64,000 bases of DNA from Octopus vulgaris (lineage: Eukaryota), in assembly GCA_951406725.2 (NCBI GenBank), contig OX597815.1, positions 212,784,001 to 212,848,000 of the forward strand, read 5' to 3'. Each line of letters opens with the position of its first letter. The stretch's first letter is position 1. The notes beneath the pieces are model-generated. The model worked only from the letters and a program-made list of their open reading frames with translations. It had not been told where the DNA came from and searched no databases. The translations under genes were made by a program, and so were the position numbers. Positions 49,136 to 60,125 of the stretch are shown here, piece by piece.

Positions 49136-51043
49136 TTGCATAAATCAGACACCAACAGGAAGAAGCGGAATAAATCTTCCAACCATCTCAAGCAAGTGAC
49201 AAAAAAAGCAGTGCTTGAATTTGAACAGTGCATAGCAGCCAATCCTGACAGCAAGGTTTTCTGGAAATATGTGCATTCAAAGCAGAGACCTCACTCTCCA
49301 GTGGGCCCTCTTCGCAACCCTCACACAAACCAGATCACTGACGACCCCAAGGAATGCGCAGAACTCATTGCCGAGTGCTATGCAAACATATTCACTGTTG
49401 AAAGTCAAAATGTACCATCTTCACCATCACTAACAGCAAATTCCATAACAACTATGGAATTTACACCTGCGATGCTGCGACATCACCTTCAAAATAAGCG
49501 CAACTATGCCTCCCCTGGTCTCGATGGAGTTACATACCTGCTTCTCAAACGTGGCAGGTACTTCCTTTTACACCAGCTTTCTATTTTCTTCCAGTACTGT
49601 CTCAACACTGGTGCTACTCCGGAGCAGTGGAAAACTGCCAGTGTCATTCCTCTGTTCAAAAAGGGCGACCGCACATCACCTGTCAACTATCGCCCAGTCA
49701 GTCTCACTAGCTGTATTGCAAAACTGATGGAATCGTGTGTCAGAGAAACACTCTGGAACTTCTGGAGCTCTCACAGTCTCATCCGACCCTCACAATATGG
49801 ATTTGTCCCTAACTCCAGCTGCATTGATCAGCTTGTCGAGTTCCTTGAGGACATTACTCAGATCACTGACAGTGGCTCATGGGTGGATGTTGTCCACCTT
49901 GACTTTGCTAAGGCTTTCAACTCTGTGCCACACAAAAGGCTTATGGTGAAACTCTCTGCAATGGGTGTGGGGGATGACCTTTTTAACTGGTTGAAATCCT
50001 TCATCCTCAGCCGAAAGGAGGTAGTCACAGTTCTAGGACAGCACTCTACACCATATGAGATGTCATCGGGTGTACCACAGGGATCTGTCCTTGGTCCCCT
50101 CCTGTTTGTGGCATACATTAATGACATAGATGCCAATTTAAAGAATGCCACAGTATTGAAATATGCAGACGACATCAAGCTGTACCTTGAAATCAAGAGG
50201 ACAGATCCTGATGTCTACAACTCTTTCCTGCAATCAGACCTAGACACAATGCAGCAATGGATCACAGACTGGCAACTGAAACTGGCTGTGGACAAGTGTA
50301 CCACCATGCATTTTGGGAGAAAAAACCCTGTGTCCACATACTCCCTCCACAACACTGATATCAAGAAATCCTCTTGCGAGCGTGACCTAGGCATCACTGT
50401 CAGCAGTGATTTGCGTTGGACAAAGCATATCTCTAAAATTGTCAAGAAGGCCAAGGGTGTCTTGGCATCACTCAGCAAGACTTTTGTTAGCCGCTCTCCA
50501 GCCATCTATTTAAAACTGTATACAGCTATGGTACGACCACACTTGGAATTCGCATCATCAGTTTGGAACCCCTATCTTGCTCAGAACATTGATCCTGGAA
50601 TCTGTCCAGAGACGTGCAACCAAACGCATACCCTCCATCAGACACCTACCATATTCTGAGTGCCTTGTTTCCCTGGGCATGGATTCACTGAAGCTCCGGC
50701 GTCTGGCAACGGACTTGGTAAACACCCACAAAGTTATCAACCACCTTACCAACAACAACACTAAACACCTTTTTGATCTTCATGTGTCTAACACACGTGG
50801 ACATGCCTACAAAGTCAGAAAACAACATAGCTCCCATGACTTTCGGAAACATTTTTTCACGCTCAGAGTTGCTGAAGCATGGAATAAACTGCCTGCGTCA
50901 GTTGTTGACTGCCATGACACTGCATCCTTTAAGGCCTTCATGCTTTCCGAAATCCGCCGAAACTACACCTGATTATATATACACTTTAGATGAGTTGTAG
51001 TGCACCTGAGCACTGTACGCAATTATTGTTGTTGTTATTATTA
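49136..51043 (+). mobile_element. 5'-truncated CR1/L2-type LINE with a long open RT frame
   Basis: 507-aa ORF with FKKGDR, NYRPVSLTS, QYGF, LDFAKAF, GVPQGSVLGP and YADD. One frameshift near 50590. C-terminal TRGH...RVAEAWNKLP, short 3'UTR and (TTG/TTA)n tail. No endonuclease domain present. Confidence 0.96.
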
Positions 51044-51194
51044 TTTTCTCCCCTCCATACACACGCAAGCATGTATCTGACTCATACACTATTCACTTTC
51101 CAGATATTTGTACATTACTGCATATTCTTTATATGCACTTTTGACAAGTTGTGGTGCACCTGAGCACTGTATACAATAATTTCATTATTATTAT
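51044..51194 (+). mobile_element. Isolated 3'UTR of the long-UTR LINE subfamily, inserted in the tail of the preceding LINE
   Basis: Matches the reverse complement of about 27435-27590; ends gtgcacctgagcactgtatacaataat...(ATT)n. Confidence 0.88.
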
Positions 51195-52070
51195 AACTGT
51201 ATGGCCTTAGGTCAGTATTACCCAGGGACTTGTTGCCTTGTGCCTATCTTACAAATCATCACTTAGCCCAGAAAGTAAGCCAACCATAATATTTGCATCA
51301 TAACCGACTCCACTTCCCACCCCCATCTGACTTGTGAAATTGTTCAGGTTACACCTTTGAAAGTTGATGCTTGTAGGGGAAATCTAGAGAAAGGAGTTCC
51401 GGATGGTTCCAGTTGTGAGAAGGTAAAAATTGGAATCAAGTATTTAGGACAGAGTTTGGTAGGATTTCATAAAGTAAAAATAAGGGGAGGTAAGAAGTAC
51501 TGTACTGCAATGATATCTCTTTTCCAGTATGAATTACAATGTCTCCGTGACTGTTGCGTCTAATCTTGACAGTCAATCAATCAATCAATCAATGATGCAC
51601 GTATGTGTGTATGTAGTTTAACCAGTTCATCAGTCCTGGCCTCAACAACTAAGGAAGGGCCTAGATTATATGATAGTACTCTCTCTAAAGACAGAAAGAA
51701 AAAAAAAATCAAAGCAGTCTTGAATTTTGTCAGGGCCTGAAAACTGCTTTATTCCACCTTTGAGACATTGAGAGAAAAAAATATATCAAATCTTGACATG
51801 CATGACTGCATAATGCAAAAGAATAAAGAAAAAAAATTACAGGTCACACCCACTGAAAAATTCCAGAATAATGACACTTGCTACAATGACAACATAAATA
51901 TAGAGAAGCAGCTTTCATAGCAAATATTAATTAGCACATCCACGACTTAACTTGGATGTGTTGTTTATAACAGCTTCAATTGCTGAAAACATCCTGGGAA
52001 ATTATTTCATGGATGATAAATGATAAAAAGCATCAAAATTCTATTGTAGAATTTTAATATGTTTTAATAT

Positions 52071-52490
52071 AAGGTGGTGAGCTGGCAGAGACGTTAGCAT
52101 GCTGGGCGAAATGCTTAGCAGTATTTCTTCTGCCGTTCCTTCTGAGTTCAAATTCTGCCGAGGTCGACTTTGCCTTTCATCCTTTCGGGTTTGATAAATT
52201 AAGTACCACTTACGCACTGAAATTGATGTAATCAACTTAATTCGTTTGTCTGTCCTTGTTTGTCCTCTCTGTGTTTAGCCCCTTGTGGGTAGTAAAGAAA
52301 TAGGTATTTCGTCTGCCGTTACGTTCCGAGTTCAAATTCCGCCAAGGTCGACTTTGCCTTTCATTCTTTCAGGGTCGATAAATTAAGTACCAGTTACGCA
52401 CTGGGGTCGATGTAATTGACTTAATCCCTTTCTCTGTCCTTGTTTGTCTCCTCTATGTTTAGCCCCTTGTGGGCAATAAAGAAATAAGAA
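52071..52490 (+). mobile_element. SINE family 2, head-to-tail dimer
   Basis: The second monomer starts at ...aagaaatag|gtatttcgtctgccg (about 52304). Confidence 0.88.
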
Positions 52491-53632
52491 TTTTAATATG
52501 TTTTAGCATTTGTTGGCAACATATGATTCTTCAGCATTATAATCATATCAAAGTTAAGTTGGATGCACTAAGTGCCACATAAAAGGCACTTTGGCTGGTG
52601 TCATGTAAATGCACCTGTATCAGGGGCATATAAAAAACCCCCAGCTACACACTGTAAAGTGGTTGGCATTAGGAAGGACATCCAACCACAGAAACCATGC
52701 CAAAACAGACAATTGGAGCCTGGACAGTTCTTCGGCTGGAAACAGCTCCTGTCAAACTGTCCAACCCATGCCAGTTTGGAAAACAGACACTAAATGATGA
52801 TGTGTGTGTGTGCATGCATGCGTGTGTCTATGTTTAGTACATAAGGAAAGACATTACAAGCAAAAACCAAAATTATGAAAACAATAAAGACAACAAAGCT
52901 CACATATGCACATAGGTACACACATGCTCACCACCCTTATACAAAAGAAAGCCCTGACACATTTTATAGGTTATCAATATCAAAACCTAGCAAAATATCA
53001 TCATCATCATCATTGTTTAATGTCCACCTTCCATGCTGGCATGGGTTGAACGGTTTGACAGGAGCTGGCCAGGTAGAAGCCTGCTCCAGACTACTGAGTC
53101 TGTTTTAGTATGTTTTTTTACGGCTGGATGCCCTTCCAAACACAGACCACCCAGCAGAATGGACTGAGTGCTTTTTACATGGCACAAGCACAGGCGAGAT
53201 CAGTTTTGGCAAGGTATTTACAGCTGGATGGCCTTCCACATGCCAACCACTTCACAGTGTGGTGGACTGGATGCTTTTTATGTGGCACCAGCACTGGCAG
53301 GGTCACCAAGTAACCTGCTAGACAAAACATTTCAAGAAGTTAACATAGAGCAAAGAGTGAGTGCATATTAACATGGAGTTAATAGAATTGCTGGATGCTG
53401 CTGCCTGGGATGACACTGTTATTAGGGTGTCAACTTTGAGTCTGTTGTATAAGTCTGTATAGAGAGTTGGGGCAGCAAACTTGAGGGCAAACCCAGACGA
53501 CAAACACTCAGGCTATGCCACTGCATAGAGTGAATGCATGAAGAGCAAGATATTTGGTAAAGTCAGGTGTGACAAAAGGACTTTGATGAGCCACTCAATT
53601 AGTTAATTGGTCAATTAATTATTTAGTTGATA

Positions 53633-54026
53633 TCTTTATATACAAAAGTGAGGTTGTGTGCTGTCTGTCTCCTACGATTTAGATTCCTAACTACTCCCAC
53701 ATTTTGCGGTGCAGTTTAACCAAAACCGGGTATCTTATAGTCGTGATTCATATCGAGCCCTTCTAGGTATTAGCGCGCGTCTACGATGAGTCTACGATTT
53801 AAAAAAAAATTTACCATCAATTTTTCCCATTTTTAATGCATTTTTGGTATATATAAGGGAAGTAACTCTCTAAAACTTTATTAAATCTCAGAACGTAAAA
53901 AGCTACAGTAACACCCCCCCCTTTGTGGTTAGCCATATTGAAATGGCTATTATACTTTACATCTCTAAAAATGCTTATATAGTTATTTCCCTTACAAACC
54001 CGAGCAACGCCGGGCGATACTGCAAG
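53633..54026 (+). mobile_element. Non-autonomous Helitron, copy C, with a different internal segment
   Basis: Same 5' TC terminus and body, intact cccg...cggg hairpin, ends CAAG|T. Confidence 0.82.
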
Positions 54027-54285
54027 TTGATAATAAAACGAAAGTTAAATACAACCAGTGTTTGCGTTTTATTAGCAGAATGATTCTCTCCAAAGACAAT
54101 GATATATGAACAAGTGAATGAATATTTCCTATATCAATAATTATCAAGCAACTATTGTTCTCCAGTCCCTTCTCTGGCGCTAACCTCGTCATTAAACTCC
54201 GTCGTCACAGGCACACACTGACAGTCAGCCACATACTTGAAAGAGAAGCCATCATCTCTGCTATAACTGTAAATACAACATTCAC

Positions 54286-54450
54286 CAGGGCTAACTCTAG
54301 GGATGCTGGCGCTCCGGGCAAGCTGAACTTCGGAGTGTACAAGCCAACGGTCGTGAAAATTTCCTTGTCTTTGTCACGCCCTCCTTGGCGCTCCTAGCCC
54401 ATGGCGCCCCGGGCGAGCGCCCGAGTTGTCATTACCTTGAGCCGGCTCTG
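54286..54450. mobile_element. hAT-like MITE
   Basis: GC-rich 165-bp island bounded by cagggctaactc / gagccggctctg imperfect TIRs. Confidence 0.45.
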
Positions 54451-55182
54451 CATTCCCAGATGTAGCAAACAGCCACCCAACTGATTGGAAATCTGGTATA
54501 CACAGTTAAGGTAGTATTTAATTAAAATTGCTATCAATATATCATACTAAATGTCTACAACAGTAGTTGCACTGGGATAACATCCTTTATGGATTTGCTG
54601 GGTTAAAAACACAATAAATATCAGAGTCGAAAATTCGTCCCAGCAGCGGTAAATGAGAGCTCCAATCCCCAACAGTCATTGAAAAGTAGACGAATTATCA
54701 TCTAAAAACAGCTATTGATAAGTCTTTCTTATATGACTGCTAAGGAATGCTACGAAGTACATTAGGCAATGTTTAGTCATCCGTACAGCACAATGTCGTG
54801 AGAAGTTTTGGGAGTAACTGAGAAAAAAAAAAAAAAGAATGTATACAGAGACACTCACTCGCGCACACACAGGAGGGTTGGTTTCACATGTTAATTACAA
54901 TGTGCTAGTCACACCTTCATTTGAATCATATCTGTGTGTGTGTGTGTGTGTTTATTTGGAGTCACCAGCCAATAGTGAAATGGTAACTGGTGGGAAGTCA
55001 CTCAACTAGTATTCTTTCCTTGTTTACAGTCACTAAAGTTAATTTATAGGAAAGTCACAAGCTGTGAGCTGGATCTAGATGCAACGGACTATCTAACTTT
55101 TTGACACTCATTTTCTTTTTACATTTGGGTATTATCTTAGAACACTTTCGTTTGTTATTTGTCCTGACTAAATTCCTCAAAC

Positions 55183-55299
55183 ATGATTGATGACAGTTAC
55201 GTGAGTGGAACTGTGGAAGATTTAACAACTTTATCCAAGTTGGACGAAAATATATTACTGCAAGAATTAAAAGCTCGCTATGAGAAACAACTCATTTAT
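55183..55299 (+). CDS. First coding exon of a myosin motor-domain gene (class III-like, or myosin-chitin synthase); no further exons recognised in the window
   Basis: MIDDSYVSGTVEDLTTLSKLDENILLQELKARYEKQLIY matches the myosin head start (EDLxxLxxLDExxILxxLxxRYxxxxIY). Phase-0 GTAAGT donor at 55300. In-frame TGA upstream at 55165-55167. Confidence 0.85.
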
Positions 55300-55878
55300 G
55301 TAAGTAAATTTACTTTAATTCCTCTCATATTTTATTTATTGACTAAAAATATTTCAGGTATATGCAATTCTGTTAAACGTTAAATAGACAACAAAAACAA
55401 ACTACCGATGATTTATTGAGAAAACGAATTAACAAACCAATTAACCCCGCCTTGGGATTGCTATTTGTTATCGCTTATAAACATTCTGTCTGATAGTTGT
55501 TATGACACTTGGCTCATGTTTAGGCATTCCATGTTGGCATTCTTTCAATATGTTTAATGTACTGAAATATGTATAAGTTTATGCTTGGCATAAGGTATGG
55601 GCACACTGGGCAGTCGCCCAGGGGCTTCACGAGTCTAGGGACCCAATTCTAATAGCAAATTTATCCCCTCTCTAAAATGTTCTTGTTACTGAAATGTCCT
55701 TGAATCCCCTGATTATGGGTTAAAGACTTAAATTCTGAGAAAGAAAAATGAATAATTTTTAATAAAATTTTGTAAAATACCTTTTAGAATGAGTAAATTA
55801 CAATTATATCGGAATTTAATATGACAAAGAAAAAACAAATTGGTGGTATCGTTCACATACAAACTGACACATCACATT

Positions 55879-57108
55879 CAAGGGCGTACCCAAAGGTAAC
55901 CGAAAATGTTCTTTGTGAGACAAACCTGTTGTAATTCAGACTTCCACTGCTAATAGCCACTTGACGCGACCTTCAGGCATCAGTTTGCCGACTGGCGTCG
56001 TCGAGGGAAGTCTTACTGCCACGTGGTACGTCTTGGTTTTGCAGTACTTCTCCCCTGAAGCGAAGGAACATCGTGTTTCCATGAAATTCTGTTTTCTGCT
56101 GGGAAAAGCAGCAACCAAAACAGTCGTCATGCTTCACGAGTAGTTTTCATTCTTCAGGAATGATCGTTCGTCGACAAACCTTATTCAAGGTGACCGTCCA
56201 CTTACTGAATGAATGTAAACATCACGAAAATTAATGAACTGATCCTAGAGAACTGTCGCCAAACAGTTGACGAATTTGTTGGTATGACTGGTGTGTCCCG
56301 GAGCTCCTGCCAACGAATTTTGAACGAGGAATTACGAATGAAAAGAGTTTTTGCCTCGCTTGGTCACGGAAGATCAAAAGCAGTCACGACTGAATGCTTG
56401 TTGTGAACTGAAAGAACAACTGGAAGTTGATCCGGAACTTTCTTCGAAGGTCATCACTGGTGACGAAAGCTGATGCTCTGGATATAATCCGGAAACAAAG
56501 CAGCAATTGAGTCAATGGAAGCATTCAATGTCACCACGCCCTTCTCCAAAAGTGCATTGAGTGAAGTCCAGTGTCAAGACAACACTGATTTGTTTCATCA
56601 ATGTGAAAGGAATTGTCCGACACGGAATTTGTTCCTCCTGGGTCAAACTGTTAACCAGACATTTTACTTGGCAGTTGTGAAGAGTTTGAGACATGTGGTG
56701 GGATGAAAATGCCCTGACCTGCGGCAAAGTGGAGAGTGGTGGTTTCATCATGACAATGCGCCTGCACACACCGCCTTGAGTGTAAGACATGTTTTGACCA
56801 AAAATGGCATGACTCCACCTACCCACCCTCCCTATTCACCCGATTTTGCTCCCTGCAACTTTTTTTTCTGTTCCCCAAATGAAAAGAGTCCTTAAAAGAA
56901 AACGTTTTGCACATGTGGAAGAGGTGAAGGGGAAAACCACAGAGGCATTAAACGGCATCACTTCACAAGAGTTCGAGGACTGCTTCAAACAATGGAAAAC
57001 ATGTCTGGACCAATGCATTGCTTCGAATGGAAAATCCTTTGAAGGGGATTAAAGTATTAACATGTAAAACTAAGTGACTAATTCCAGTCCCTTTTGGGTA
57101 CCCTCTCA
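55879..57108 (+). mobile_element. Degenerate full-length mariner in the myosin-gene intron
   Basis: Imperfect TIRs (agggcgtacccaaa / ttttgggtaccctct) with TA at the right end. Motifs MKFCFLLGK, TGDES, HHDNAPAH and PPYSPDFAPC; frameshifted. Confidence 0.9.
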
Positions 57109-57994
57109 TATAAAATGAAACTTGAGATTTTGGAAAAACATTGTAATGTTCATCAGTATGTATGTGTGCATGCTCACTATTTTTCTTTTCTCATAAAATT
57201 CCGATATAATCATAATTTACACACTCTGATAAGTATTTGGGGTTTTTTCTGTTTGGCAAACAATTTCCAATCTCTTTCATTTCTGTTCGAATTGATTCCA
57301 TATTCAGTGGAATGATGTAATGATTATATGCTAATCAATGCCATAAAATTAATTTTCACCATAATTCAATGAATTAAAAGTTATTAGCTATTAAAGTTTG
57401 CAAATTTTGGGTAATTTTAGCCAATCGTAAGTCACAGACACATTCATGCCTGTTTCCATAGTAACAAGCCAAACATGAGAACTCTTTTGTTTGTGTTGAC
57501 AAATATACTCTACACGAAAGCATGTTCATTAAGTCTGTGTCCTGCTGCTTATGCCCATCTGTTGTTTGCACCCTGGCTGAGAGATGTGCTAAAAATAACA
57601 GCCAAATAGGCCGTAAATCATGCACTCCAGATTTTTTTCCTTTGGTTCTTGTATACTTGCATGAATTCCTGAGTGTAGAATACAAATTTGTAAAAATTTT
57701 CTGAAAATTCCAAAAAAAAAAAAAAAAAAAAGTCATGAGGGGTTTTATGTCGTGTATAAAACATAGGTTGTATTTACTGTTCCGTATTGAAACACGTCAT
57801 GGACAAAATGACAGCTTCCAAATCCTGTTTTCTGACGGTGAAAATGATTAAACTTTAAACCTCTATAACTTTTTTTGAAAATTTTTCTGTAAAAAGTGTA
57901 ATATCTCTCAAGCTTCAGCTTCGAAAACTACATTAATAAACCAAATTTTAAAATTTTCAATAAACTTAGAAATTTCCACAGCTGCACCCAAACA

Positions 57995-58260
57995 AAAACG
58001 TTCATGGTATTCAGAGACATCCATATGGTATAAATTATTAGTTTTACCTGATTGTACTAAAATTCCATCCTTACTTCTAAAGTTTTTAACAATATTAATA
58101 AGTTTCCTCTGGTGAGCATTTCTCCGAAGTGGATGTCTTTGAAACTTAATATTTCTAATGATATTCCACAATTCGTTTTCAAACTGTTCCAGATCTTTAT
58201 TTCCTGGTGGGATCTTTCTAGTTCTGAAATTTCTTTTAATATTATCAGCCTCAATATCAA
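57995..58260 (-). mobile_element. N-terminal fragment of a Naiad-type Penelope-like ORF
   Basis: NFRTRKIPPGNKDLEQFENELWNIIRNIKFQ...HQRKL...VQSGKTNNLY fits the PLE N-terminal pattern F..K.PP...L..FE.DL....NIKF...Q.KL...ADKT.N.Y. Confidence 0.7.
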
Positions 58261-58854
58261 GTTCATTTTGCTATTTATTTATATTAATTTATATTAATAT
58301 ATCATTAATATACCGTCCAACCCATGCCCCGTCCAACCCATGCCAGCATGGAAAGCGGATGTTAAACGATGAGGATGATGTAACTTTAGTATCAATAGTT
58401 ATAATGATGATTTAACTCAGATAAGGATAGTCATTATATTAAAAAAATGTTTTAATCACATTTAATTAATGACATTATTGGCTATAAATATGTAATACAA
58501 TTTATTAGGTTTATATATGTCTATACATATGTGTTATGTTGGTTGCTCCAGGGTTGGTAGTTTGCAAGGCTTATTTGTCTTTGCCCCAAACCAGAAAACA
58601 AGGAATGTTATTTTCCCAGAAGCACTTATGTAGTTTGCTTCAAAGTGTGTGGTAGAATTTATCTCTTTTCATAAAAGTGGTAAATTTTATATTTTCGTTT
58701 ATTGTTATTGTTATTATTTTGTATTATGAATTCAGAATTGATTTCCCAGTTAAAGAATAAATTGTATCCCAACTAAAGAATAAATTGAATTTAGAATAAC
58801 AAATTTCTATACAACATATTTTGCATTTTTTCTTCCAATATATAAGGAAAAATT

Positions 58855-58887
58855 TCATTCCCGGGCAATGCTGGGTACCTCTGCTAG
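58855..58887 (+). mobile_element. Helitron-like 3' terminus of another family; a Helitron-like 5' end follows at 59163
   Basis: cccgggcaatgctgggtacctctgCTAG|T hairpin-plus-CTAG end, and an A|TCTACTAC... start at 59163. Full extents are unresolved. Confidence 0.45.
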
Positions 58888-60081
58888 TAAAAATAAATAT
58901 GACTATTTTTGTAAGATATTTATTGAATTGATATCAATAATTTATGAATATATCTCTAGTACTAATATTTATACAGAGGATGTAACTCAGAGATGTAATA
59001 GTCATTATATGGAATAGATTATTTTTTATTTTTTTCATATAATATTTTTATTTTTATTTATTTATCAATGGACATATTTTACTATAAATATCTAATATAA
59101 CTTATCATGTTCATATATATTTATTAGTTATATAAGATGGTATATGTGAGTGAAAATATATATCTACTACATACGTGGGAAATTCTGTCTGTGGTTGTGT
59201 TTGTGGAGTTGTTAGCTAACTCCTCCTACATCGCTTTATCGATTTTGATGAAACTTAACATGTTAGTAGAACTCATGTCTGAAAACCTCATGGCATACCT
59301 AGATTGTTGAAAAAAAAAATCGATAATAGGGCCCCTGGAAGGGATCCTTATATATATAGCTAATATATGTTATTTTAAAAGCCAAGGGAAATAACCCATT
59401 CGCCCCTGGAAGAGACCCTTATATATAGCCAAGGGAACTAAGCCATTCATTTTCCTAAATTATTTGGTATAAATCAAATTGAGTATCCTTATTTTTTAGT
59501 ATTTGAACTGTTAGAGCTAATTTCGCAATTTATCCAGTACAACTCTTAAACAAGTAAATAGTATTTTCCTAAACAATAGATCTACTTATTTCAGTTAGTG
59601 ACTTATTCACGAATATACCAACACTAGTGCCCCTGAGGGTAATATCCTCTGGGAACACACAAAAGCCCTTTTCAGAGTTATTTATTTTGAATTGTTATTA
59701 TCTCATACCTGATTAGCCTGTTATTACATAACATACTTCATGATTTTAGTATACATACCTCAATAGTATTTCCTCCTATGTTCTATATACTCTGGGAATG
59801 AATTAAAGCCCTTTTTGGGGTTACTTTATTTGGATTCTTACTATCAGGTAACTAATTTCGTGTTATTACATAACTGATTTTACAATTTGGGTATTCATAA
59901 CTTATTGGGAATTCTTAAAAACAAGATCCTGTATAAGACATTTTGGTGTTCTCTGTAAATGCACAAAAACCGTTTTAAGGGCTACATACTTTGTATTGTT
60001 GTTATTGGATTAGTGAAACAATTATGAGAATGGAACCAAGGGATAAGCCCCACTTTCCTGGGAATTACAGAGTTCGTCAGC

Positions 60082-60123
<42 letters not shown>

Positions 60124-60125
<2 letters not shown>

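Noticed and set aside
60040-60085. CTGACGA...GAAA on the minus strand near the PLE 3' end
   Set aside because: Helix II is out of register and there is no convincing helix III or helix I.
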